Assembly: GCA_002633005.1 (NCBI GenBank)
Contig: NMRA01000705.1
Span: forward strand, 1-64,000
Origin: Phoronis australis
Lineage: Eukaryota; Animalia; Phoronida
Length of the DNA: 64,000 bases
Direction: 5' to 3'
Shown one piece after another: positions 50,041-61,885 of this stretch. Below the pieces are notes generated by a model that did no database searches, had not been told where the DNA came from, and saw only the letters and a list, made by a program, of their open reading frames with translations. The position numbers were made by a program, and so were the translations under genes. Position 1 is the stretch's first letter; each line of letters opens with the position of its first letter.

Positions 50041-52948
50041 TCGAGACACTTATTACGAGAAATCCTCGCTTAAGGAACGGAAACAGAAAAATTTACTTCA
50101 CAATTCACGAAAGGTTAAGTTGAAGACTAATTACGGCTCACGCAGACAAATTACGACTTTTGGTTCATGCAAGCATTTTTCGCGTGGCAAGGTTCACGCC
50201 TGATATTCTTGCAGTAACTATTTTCACTTTTCAAAATACTTGTCTCTGCACAGTTAAAAAGTTAGTAACGCAAATTCAACGCTAATCAATTTAGTCAAAG
50301 CTTATTCCAACAATCCAGACACCCTTTACTTTATTCGTTGGTCTTTCAGAAAGTCAATTCGACAAAACTTTATAGATACACAAACGCTGAACTACCAGGT
50401 CCTGTTAGTCTTCCGTATTGCGCAAATTTAACTCATTTTTAATTTCTCACAAAAAAGACAATAGACTTTTATAAACCCACTTAACCTAAAGTGTATAGAA
50501 AACCAAAGTATGAAGACAGTTGGGAGAATTCTCTTAACGTAGTACCTCCTCGTGGGTGGTGGAGAGAAGCACAAGTTTTGTCTGCAAATATTTCCTTTGA
50601 CTTTCGACTTCGGTTGTTAAAGTTTCAGATAACACGCACATAAAATATTAGACACTAACAGATTTTAGAATTGGCATCTCGGACTCAGATTTATGTTGTT
50701 TTTGTTGAGCAGAGTCCGAAGATCTGGCGCATCTTTTCTGGAATTGTAATTTTGCATCCTCTTTTTGGCCGAAGGTTGAATTATGGGTTAACGAATTGTG
50801 TGATGTATCTCTGTATCTTAGTATTATTACTTATACTTGTGAATATTTTGGATCATAGCAAACTTGTTTACCATAAAAACTTAATAATAACTCCAGACCT
50901 TGTTTTGCCAAGTTCAAAAGGACAGTATTAGATTATTATGACGTTGAAAAGTTCATTTCCTTCAGAGTTTTAAACACAATTTGTTTAATGAAAGGTGCGC
51001 CCCTCTTAGCTTATTATTATTGATGTAGTTTTTTGGTTGAATTTGAGTGTGCATGATTAAACTGATATGCCATTGTTATGTTCTTCGATTTATTACCAAT
51101 AAATCACAAGAAATATACACTGAACGGTAAAAATCTTAAGATCAATAAGATCAAGTATCTATTTCGCTCACACACTTACCAGTCACAACAGGGGAGAACA
51201 AAAAAATAACAAATTTCTGTTCTATGTGGCCAGTCACTTCTGAAAAGTGTGACTAGGTTCAGATCACTTTACACTCATGCTGACTGTAGAACTAAATTCT
51301 TTGGTGCTACCGTTCTTTAGTTTCACAAAAATTCATAACGGTAAATGGTCTAAATAAAAAATTGGCTTTTGTTGAAAATGAGTTTATAAACGCGTTAACC
51401 GGATGAATTTTAAAGACGGCCTTTTTTAGAACGATGCTGAAATACATTACAAGATTAATTGTTTGTTCTTATCAATGCAAAATTCCTCTATCTCTTGGGT
51501 GGTATCGTTTCTGTTTATTTAATTCTCCCCTTCCTGTATAAACAATGATAAAGACTATATTATGCTAACACATTTATTCTCGTCCGAGTCGAAGCAAATG
51601 CTTACGTCTAATCTCCGACGTTAATCAGTTATACCCGGAAAAAATCAAGTGCTTCGAATGTTTACTTCTGGATATCAGCAAAGTGATAAATCACATTCTC
51701 TACCTTGCAACAACCAAGCGTTTTAAATATAAATTAGGGTGTTCTAGATATTTTTTAAAATATTGGTGTCAACTTTCGTGGCCTGTAAAGTGTTGCATTT
51801 TTTATATCGTGGTACATACGACGTACCTCAATGTATAAGTTACAAACATAGTGAACACAGGTGGTCCAAAAAGCACCATGTTTTATATAGTTCATCCTCA
51901 GTTGGTAACTGTTTAACCCACAACCCAGTTCTGCCACGCAGAAACGTCTACATTTTTTATTTCCATTATTACACGATCTGGAGAGATTATGTCGTTATAA
52001 ACTTTATCTCAAAGTCAAAACTTCTACATGTTGACTGGTGCTATAACTCGATTCTAATTCCTTTTAAAAGCTGTTTCTGAAGTAATGCACATGTCATAGT
52101 GATTCGATCCAGGGCACTACTTTACCACTGTAACACTAGCAAGTCACGAGCACTTTGGAAACCTTTTTTTACCCTTTTTATTTCATCCTCGTGAAAAAAA
52201 ATACTCGGTACAATTACCTGAGCTAATGAACATTCACCCATATAAAAATAGGGATTGTTTTAAAACCCTCTCGACCTCCCCACACCCCCACGACCCTTTA
52301 TACCCACAAACCCAACTACCCCTTGACCAACGGTTCACGACCCCCTCGACCCAGACTACACGATCTCGACTCGATTTGAACATAGAACAAACGCTGACTT
52401 GCGGGACGAACGAGTCGGGCCTTGAGCTCAGCTGGATTTTTTTTCTGTTTTTTGCAATCAAAATAGCCGATTCGGCAAGTTGGAAAGTCAAAAACAGAAA
52501 AAAAAAACAACGCGACCAAATCAAATCAAAGACCTACCTACGTTATACATGTCGTTCCCGGTAAATTGTAATCGTCTCGTCTGCTCTTCAGTGAATGGCA
52601 GATTCAAGCTTTTTGGGGAGAGTGCGAGGAACCGACGAATAAGTAATTTCTTCAGTAAATACAGTCTAAAAACAAACTATTAATTAAAAATTTATCTCAA
52701 CGTTACATGAAGTATATTGTAAACGAGTATACAACAGAAAGTAAATAAAAATATGGAAATACGTCCATACACTTTAACGTACTGTCTCCCTAGGTTTAGT
52801 AGTTTGGTAGCCGCTCGTGGAACTATTTCCGTGGCAAAAATAGCACGCTCACAATTCGCTATTTCAGATTAGGTTCTTACGCCACTTTCTGTTTTTAACC
52901 ACCAGACATAAGACAGGGCAGATTCGCGTGTAGGTAAGTCTTATGGGA

Positions 52949-53693
52949 TGTCAGAATATAGTGCGACTGTGTTTTTAGTTGTATTGTTTTGTTTTGTTAT
53001 TCTGTTTGATTGGCATGAACCCTGAGTTAAGTACAGCGATGATGTAATTTGTTTACTACAAAATAGTGTGGAACTTTCTAGAAGACTGAGGTCAGAACAG
53101 TGATGATGTAATTTGTTTACTGCAGTATAGTGTGGAACTTCCTAGAAGACTCTAGCATGACAGTGATTAATGCAGTCCGGAATATTCTAGAGACTAGTAC
53201 ATGTTTGTAGAATGGTCGGGTGGATTCAGGAAAGTTCTAGAATGTGCTTGAATTGATGTAAAGTTCCAGAACAATACATTAGGCTATAAATACACAAGCA
53301 CGGGTTTTTTTAGTCAGACCAAGTCAGTTCAAGAGAGATCAAGTCAGTTCAAGAAAGTTAATCAGGAGAACTACAGTTGAGTTGCAGTGAGAATCAGCAG
53401 TTACAACGATAGTCAATAGAGAGCCAGCTACAGAGACAGCAGGTCATTGAATCGACGAGTGTAACAGTTGCTGAACGTGTCTCAGAAGTTCATCACAAGC
53501 CAAGGCTTCGCAGCATTGGCTGGAGCATAAACAGACATTACGTCGGACGTTTTGTTTGAGTAGGCTTGTGAACGTACGGTCGGGATTAATAAAGGATTAA
53601 CTCGAACCAGTCTTCAGTCTATCGTCGCACCGAAAGCTATTAGCACCGGTCTGTAACAACCTGCTCCCACCCACACACGGGAAAAACGTGACA
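52949..53693 (+). mobile_element. Solo LTR (745 bp) with 5-bp TSD
   Basis: TGTCA...TGACA termini; TGGGA at 52944-52948 and 53694-53698; internal TATAAATA (~53285) and AATAAA (~53588). Confidence 0.88.
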
Positions 53694-54917
53694 TGGGAAA
53701 ATCATTCAGCTACGTAATATGATTATGAATTGTGTAAAAAGCGCAGATATATTGGCACAGGTCGTGGGTCGAGGGGGTCGTGGGGTGTGGGGGTCGAGGG
53801 GGTTTAGAATAATCCGAAAAAACGCGTACTTTAACATGAATATATAATATATTATTTCTACATGAATACACGTGTGTAATATATGTGTGTGTGTGTGTGT
53901 GTGTGTACACGCGCGCGCGCTCACACACACACACACACACACAAAGATCGTTTCATGGAAATTAATTATTGAGTTTTTCCGTGAAGATAACATCTCATGC
54001 AAAAGTGGAATGTTTTGTTATTTGTGACAGTGGTCTAGGGAAGATTGCATATCTGATAGTTTCGTTCGAATTCAATCCATGTACATTGTTTTACTCATAA
54101 TATTCAAAGTAATATTTCTCTTACTTTTGCACATTACAAGCTTTGGGAATCATGAAAAAGTGAAAAAAATCTTTAGTACAAACTAAAACCAGGAGCTTCT
54201 ATTTCAGCGCCTCTTCTGAACACGGTTGTCAGTGTATTCGAACAAAAAAAAACCGAGCTTCTGAATGTAATTATTTTGGCCCTGCCATTACCTTTTCGCA
54301 AAGGTACATGTACATTCGATGATGATGCAAGTGCGTTCGGAACGATTGGTAAAGCAAAATTTTGACCTTTTAGGCTGACTAAAATCGAACATCAAATCGG
54401 GTCTTTCACTCTCATAAAATCGATATCATAGTATTCATTACTGTGATAAGATTGCTTTTTTATCACTGAGGGGAATGTCAAAACCATCCATGACCCCTAC
54501 AATGCTTCATAGCCCAACCTTATTGTTGCGAATTCGAAAATGGCGCACGCACTGTCTTAACTTGAGTTGCCACCTCTTTCAGCAACAATTTAAGATCGGG
54601 TGAAAGTGGTAGTACTTCGGTTTTAAGCTCCAAAGCGGTTTGGTTAAGAATTGAACACTGGCAGTTAAAATAGTGACGAAATGGTTTATTTAATAAATAC
54701 TGTTGTGCAAATCTGTAAAATGAGTTTGAATAGTCGGGGTATGTTTCACTAAAACTTTGTAACTTTGCGATATTTGTGTACAGAGTATACGCGTAGACTT
54801 ACAACCAGTCGTAAAGTGTGGCGGACTCTAGTGACAGTGACCACACTACCGTTCTTAGCACAGTTGGGCCATCGTGAGCTCCTCCAGTTTATAATTGTTT
54901 ATATCCTTGTATTCCAG

Positions 54918-55235
54918 ATTCATCAGAGAAGTAGGGTGCGACGTGGACAAACTGTCATTGCTCATGTTCCAAGTAAAGCGATTCGTAGTTCTTGCCGCCC
55001 GTGAAGAACTGGTGTATCACGTGTTTAAAGGAGAGAACGACAGGGGTGCTTACAGTTTCGCAAACATGACGGGAGCCATGTACAAAATTCGCCGAGTATT
55101 TGATGGAAAAGTGTGGCAGTGCATGGGAAATACTCGCCAATTTGCCCTTAAGGACGTGGTCAAACTTTTGAAGTCGATGAGGAAAGACTCTGACGAAACA
55201 GTTATTGACGCCGTCTTCGACCAGCTAGCTGAGAG
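54918..55235 (+). CDS. SE-cephalotoxin-like protein, exon 2
   Basis: ttccag|A TTC ATC AGA...GAG AG|gtgag. Phase 2-2, open (RFIREVGCDVDKLSLLM...VFDQLAE). Confidence 0.85.
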
Positions 55236-56187
55236 GTGAGATGATTCCACCAAGTTACAGCACCAATTTCACTAAATTTAGCTTCAAGTAAGAGCACTAG
55301 TCTTCATAGCCCAGTTGAGCACTATCTCTATCATTTGTGCATCTCTGCATCAAGCGAAACAGTATATAGGGCCTTACGGAGCATTTGAACGCCTGCAAGC
55401 GGGCACCAATCAAAAGCCCGTCAGAGGTCGTTCTGCGGAAGTATAATCCTTGGAAGTAAGCCGTGTAGGAGACAGATCAAGTTTGTAAGACTAAGAGTTT
55501 CTTTTGTTTCGAAGCTAAACACCCAAGTCACACAAAATCTGAACAGAACACTCAGTATTTGACAGAAGTTCTGATGTTATTGGTTTGCACTTACTGTACA
55601 CGGTTCAGTGATTTTCGAAGGATTTCGCCTTAAAACTCGTTCTCAAAAACATTTAGCAATTTTCAACCTACTTTAAAATCACATTTTCGCTGTATGTTGT
55701 ATTGTTAATTAATTTGGCCCAGCAGTCAAAGAGATAAGGTATTATCCTGTAAGTTCCAAGTTGATGTCTTTGGTAGCTGTGCACTCCTGAAGTCCTATCG
55801 CGTTTTTTGAGATTCTTCAAAAATACGTTTTTGTACATTGCTCATTGAATGGGCCGTGCTAAATCAAAAGGCAAATGCGACAGGCGTCATGCGTTACTGC
55901 TCGCTACATGGTTAAAAATTGACACATGTATGGAAAAGCGTGCTTTAAAACAGGCATTATTGGCAGCACCATCAACCGCCATATTACGTTACAGAAAGGT
56001 GCACCAAGTTAGCGATTGATTGGGACAGAGGACGGGATCTATGGTGTTAGAAAAGTGATATCCAACGCTTTGATGGCGCCTCTTCAAAGAAGTATTTTGA
56101 AAATCTTTCCTATTTCATGCCTGGTGCTCGTTTTATTGATGGTAACTGTAAAACTTTCCGTTTAGCTGAACACAATGTCTTTTTCAG

Positions 56188-58291
56188 GTATCCGTGGTAT
56201 TCTTGGGCAGTAGCGTCGATAGACAAAAACTATCGAGCTCGACAAGAGTGGAGAGGCGAAACGTTCTTCACCGCGGAGGACGGCGATAAAAGAAAGCTTG
56301 TCGTAGTTTATGATGACGTGAAGTCATATCTAAGCTGCAGTGACTTCACGAAGGTTCACACAGTGGTCAACTTTAAACGATGTGTTGACTGCAAAAGGAT
56401 TAAATTTATGAAGACCTCTGATGGGACTTTCCTTACTAAACAAAGATGTGGCGAGATACCAGACTCCAAATTTGGTAGCTACAGTTTCATCGCTGCAGTC
56501 ACGCGAAGAAGTCTCGATCCATGTGCAGTATCAGAAAAATGCGGTGAAAACGGAATATGCAAAGCTATTCCTCACACAAGTAGTTTCCAGTGTTTATGCA
56601 ATGCATTTGTTGAAGGGGAATTGTGTGATGAAACCGTCAATCCGGATGACTCGGAGAAGGTTTCAGAGTTGATTGCAAGTATGAGAGAAGACATTAATCT
56701 CATATTTAAGGTACCAACATTAGTCGACACTCACTTTGAAATACTTGATCTTGAAACTAAAATCGACTCTTTGAAACGAGACATGGTTTCTCTTTTTGAT
56801 CACACCCAAAACATAATGAAGCACTGGGAAGCGATAAAAGATGCCGAACTTGTCGTCGGAATTTTTATTAGATTCAAGAACGGGTACGTAGATTTTGATA
56901 CTTTTGGTGACACAGTTCAAAAGCACCTATTGACAGTATCTGAACTGGATTTGAAGGCGAGTCTTTACAACATGATTCTTGCCAAAGGCCTTCTAAGTTC
57001 TCCTGGGGACGATTTGTACAATACTTTTAAAAAGCAATGGTTAGTTAAGAAACCGCACACAGAGTGCAGTGTGGAATATAATACCGCTGTTTTAGGATTA
57101 ATGCGGGCTCTAGCACTTCTTGATCAATCTTTGGGCGAGGTTATGATCATGTACAGAGAGTGGAAGGTTGGTCGATACGGAAAATCCCAGGAGCAGCGTG
57201 ACAAACTCTTGGATGAAGCAAACCGTCTGAAGTCTGATTTTGAAACAAGGCAACTTGACTTTCAAGACTACTGGAGGAACCACAGCTGTGGAGATCTGAA
57301 ACTGAGCGAACTTAAAAATGGAAAGGTTTGCAAAGATCGACTAAGCTATGAAGGAATGACGGTTTCAGTAGCTTGCAGTCATCAACGTGTCCCAGAATAT
57401 ATTCGTTATGAATGCCAAAAGAATGGCTCTGCTTTGACCTGGGTTCCGAAAGGAAAATGTCTTTATCAGTGGGAGGTGTGGGGAAGTTGGGGAAGTTGTT
57501 CAAAGTCTTGCGGTGGCGGTGTTCAGAGCCGCAGTAGGGTCTGCAAAGGGACAACAAATACGGAGAAGTGTAAGGCAGATAATAAGGACACACCCGCATT
57601 GGAGCAACGACAGTGCAACAACATCGACTGTTGTTTGGCAAATAATGATTTTAGATGTCCTAGAGGCAAATGTATATCTCGCTCCTGATTGTGCGATGGA
57701 GATAATGACTGTGGTGACAATGCCGACGAAAACCAGTCCCAGTGTCCTCGTGCACTGCGATCGGGTGATGTCATTGCATTGAGAAATTACGCCACAGGTA
57801 AGTGGTTGGGTTGTTGGCACTCGTGGTGGTGTGGATTAGCCAGTTGCGACGTGTATGGTAAATCTTGGAGTTCGTGCGCTGGAGAAAAGTTTCGTATTAT
57901 GAGTTTGTCTCGAAGCCTAGGGTCCATTCTTCGGCATGGTGACGAAGTCGGCGTTCAGTACAACATCCACCGCGACAATTGGTTAAGCTGTTGGAGTTCC
58001 CGTTGCAAACGCTCCAAGTGCCCTGGACATTCTGTCCCCACTTCTAGCTGCGATGGAGAGCGATTCAAAATTTACTCTACGGCGCGAAATCGTCAATATT
58101 CTGGGCTTTCTCGTCGAGGAGATTATCTGAGACAGGACGATTTTATTTTCATTCGCTATACGCGTGACTCGAAATGGGTTGGGACCAGTGGCAGTACCGT
58201 GGTAAAATCCTCATGTGCTGGAAATTCCCTGCTCTCCTTAGACGACTCGGGTTGTCCTACAGAGCGTTGGAAAATTGTGACCCGACGCTAA
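56188..58291 (+). CDS. SE-cephalotoxin-like protein, exon 3 (EGF, coiled coil, Sushi, TSP1, LDLa, triple-repeat C-terminal domain); in-frame TGA at 57686-57688
   Basis: EGF DPC...CGENGIC...FQCLC...GELCD; Sushi-like C...YEGMTVSVAC...YECQ...W...C; TSP1 WEVWGSWGSCSKSCGGGVQSRSRVC; LDLa FRCPRGKCISRS*LCDGDNDCGDNADE. Domain order matches SE-cephalotoxin as recalled. Length is 1018 codons if read through, 817 aa if not. AATAAA at ~58483. Confidence 0.85.
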
Positions 58292-59989
58292 GTCTGTTGA
58301 CTGCAGACTTAACTATGCTCTTACTCGGTGCTCTCCAGACGATTGGCACTATACATTGTCATTGGTTAACGGAATGAAATATCATTGGGGTCATTTAGAT
58401 TGAAAAGAAGTTGGGAATTCTTTTTAAAATGACATTCCACATAGAGAGTTGCGTGATCACTCAAGATAAAAAGCATGCATCAAATAAAATATACTTTTTG
58501 GCGGTTCGATTATCGACTACGTGTTTTTGACAGAAGTTCAAACCAATTAAGGCATAAGCACTGAGGCCCATGAATGGATTTATGAAGAAACATTGTACAA
58601 GGCCAATCCTCTGTGTTGCCGCTGAGTAAGTGTAGAAATGAACTGGAATACCGCTTCTTAAAGTATATGTTGATGGACATTCGCCGTGATAAGCTTAGGG
58701 TTGCTTGTTTTGTGTTTCTAACCTTGTATTGACATCAGATCATTTTTCACATATTAATCACAAACTTATGAAAGCAATTTATCTAAAATGTTTCTGCAGT
58801 TTCTATCACCACTCTTGAATAAGTACTAATGGCGAGCTTTGTTTTGTTTTTAGTGAAAATACAAAATATAGGTTACTTTAATTTAGAGACACGATTCAGT
58901 TTTAATCAGTCAATATGACATTGATGAAATCGACAATGAACGCGTTAAAAAATGAGAAATGTCTTCGGTGAAATAATGCGATTCGAGAGTCAGTAAGTCA
59001 GTAAAATTCAAGAAATTTCACTGCTGTATTTTTCAACAGGACATCCTATTGGTGTATGAGCGGAGAGCGTGAGTCATCGACATCTAAAGGTAGAATCAAA
59101 GCTATCCTCAAGCACGTTCCAAAACACTGGCTGTTCGCCAGGTCTTATTAAATTATGCTTCCAAAAATGATGCAACTTAGGCACAACAATGGGTTTGCCT
59201 CTCATCTGAGCTATTCTTCGTAAATAAAACACAATGATTCTGAGTAGCTTTGCGAGATCTCACTTTTTCGCAAGAAATTGGGTCGGGCGCACCCCTGGCT
59301 TCTCAACACTCAGTTTCGTTGAGCAAGCAGTGTCTGGCGCACATTGTTTTCAGTAGGAAATCGGAAAGGGCAACAATGTAACTCCTAAAATCGCGGAAGT
59401 CAGAGTTTTGTTGCTGGCAAAAACACTATCACTTTTGTTTCACAGTACGTTAGGCCTATCTTTTACTGACTGACAGAGTGATGAGGCAAGTACGTACGTC
59501 TTCCATAGGCTATAAACCAGTTAAACAATGAGTTGCCAGTTGCCACGTTTTCTTTCATGGGTAGTGGAGAAGCAAGCTCTTGAATGGGGAACATATGATT
59601 AGTCAAGGCAACCAAATTGAGTTGCGATATGATACATAGCAAAATACGAAATAGTTAATGGCTGTAAGAAAGGATTAGTAAACTGATGAAGCTACGAAGT
59701 GCAATAAACATAATGAAACAACCCTATAGTTTCAAGGTCTTAAGATGTATTTATTAACAGTTTTTACCATAGAGTTCTTACACTCCGCTAACAAAATAAA
59801 AGCTAAACTATTTATAGTTTATCTTAGAGGCATACTAAACCCTATTTTGGAGATTTCAGCCAATTATGTCCCCTGCAATGCATGACTGGCGCTTTGCTTG
59901 ACGATTCTCCTAAAAACACACGGACCTTCTCATTGCGTCACAGAATCGATATTACGCTTCGTGCTGACTGGATTTTCCGACAGTTGACG

Positions 59990-60225
59990 CGTCACTTGTC
60001 TAACGCGTACAGCAGGTCATATTTGTCTTGTCACTTGCCCAAAGCGTACAGTAGGCCCCATTTGTCGCATCACTTGCCTAAAGCGTGCAGTAGGTCAAAT
60101 TTGTCGTGTCACTTGCCTAAAGCGTGCAGTTGGCCACATTTGTCTTGACACTTGCCTAAAGCATGCAGTAGGCCACATTTGTCTTGCCACTTGCCTAAAT
60201 CATACAGTAGGTCACATTTGTCTCC
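59990..60225. repeat. 39-bp tandem repeat (~6 copies; one further copy at ~61893-61932)
   Basis: Unit cacttgcctaaagcgtacagtaggccacatttgtcttg(t/c). Confidence 0.9.
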
Positions 60226-60228
60226 ATA

Positions 60229-61885
60229 CATGTCAGAATGTTTAGTTGTACCCAACTAATCCCAACTTATCTCAACTTATCCTGTAATCACCACTGATGC
60301 AAACCTGTTGCTGACATCATGTTTGTAATCAAACTGCCCCTGCAGGTGGCGCAGCGATTAGTGGGAATAGTTGAAGTAGTTGAAATGCGTGATTGGTGTC
60401 TCTAACATTGAGCTTGTGGATGACATCATGTAATTTAGCTCCCTGTCCACAGGTGACGCACGGATTAGTAGGAATAGTTGAATTAGTTGAATCCAACAAA
60501 TCCCAAGTCAGCTCAACCTATCCAGCACTGAGCTATTCAACTATTTCAACTAATTCAACCAATTGTAGCGCCATCTGAAGTATAACTGGCAATGTGAGAC
60601 AGAAAGATCCGAGTCACTGACTTGCCTGCAGGTGGCGCAACGATTAGTGGGAATATTTGAATTAGTTGAAATGCATGTTCTGTGTCTGTCAAGTTGTGAG
60701 CCTTTTGCTGATGTCATGATTGTTACCAGTCTGTTCCTGTAGGTAGCGCAGAGTGGGAATACTTGAATTAAGTTGAAATGCCTGATCTGAGTCTGTCAAG
60801 TTGTGAGCTTGATGAGCCTTTTTCTAGCGCCATGTGCTTTATCCGTCTGCCTGCAGGTGGCATAGCGATTAGTGGGAATAGTTGAATTAGTTGAAATGCG
60901 TGTTCTGTGTCTGTCAAGTTGTGAGCCTATTGATTATGTGATGAACTTTATCTACCTGCCCTATTTGATCTATCTAATTTATCTACCCGTTATTTAGTGA
61001 ATTCCCGTAGGTGGCGTTACATGTCTGTCTGCAGGTGGCGCAGCGATTAGTGGGAATAGTTGAATTAGTTGAAATGCGTGTTTGGAGTTCCTAAAACTGT
61101 GAGCCTGTTGATGACGTCATGTACGTTCTCTACCTGCCCACAGGTGGCTCAGCGATTAGTGGGAATAGTTGAATTAGATGAAATGCGTGTGTGGAGTCTC
61201 TAAAATTGATTATGTCATGAACTTTATCTACCTGCTCTACTTGATCTACCTAATTTTATCAACCCGTTATTTAGTGGGTCATCCCCGTAGGTGGCGTTAT
61301 ATGACTGCCTTCAGGTGGCGTAGTGATTAGTGGGAATAGTTGAATTAGTTGAAATGCGTGTTTGGAGTCTCTAAAATTGTGAGCCTGATGATGACGTCAT
61401 ATACGTTATCTACCTGCCCACAGGTGGCGCAGCCATTAGTAGGGGTATTTGAATTAGTTGAAATGTGTTTTCTACTTAATCTACCTAACCGTGTTTCTCA
61501 AGTTGTGAGTCGGTTGCTGACGTCATACAAATTATGTACCAGCCCCCAGATGGCGCGGTGATTAGTAGGTATAGTTGAATTAGTTGAAATGCGTGTCTTT
61601 TGTCTCTAAAGTTGAGAACCTCTATCTGACGTCTTTATCTGTATGTGGCGTAGAGGTAGCTTGAAATATATCAATTTGCTGAAAACTTAACACTGGCATC
61701 TTAAATATCATTTACCTGTGAATGAAGTCACCATTTCATCTTTCTTTGCATTAACATGCTTTAGCGCCTCCTATATCCAGTATTTATAAGAGTAAGTAAA
61801 AAATTAACATAGACTGCGCTGCAATAAGTTGAACTGCAGCTTCCTATTAATCGATTAGTAGGTCCCTACCAAAGATTCTGACATG
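60229..61885. mobile_element. Non-autonomous TIR element with internal ~100-bp repeats, inserted in the 39-bp array
   Basis: Imperfect 33-bp TIRs: catgtcagaatgtttagttgtacccaactaatc vs reverse complement catgtcagaatctttggtagggacctactaatc. Internal repeats gcaggtggcgcagcgattagtgggaatagttgaattagttgaaatgcg. Confidence 0.75.

Noticed and set aside
57686-58480. Selenocysteine recoding of the TGA
   Set aside because: The codon aligns to Trp, not Cys. The 3' UTR stem-loop at ~58371-58438 lacks the AUGA-N11/12-AA...GA SECIS spacing by eye; SECISearch3 would settle it.
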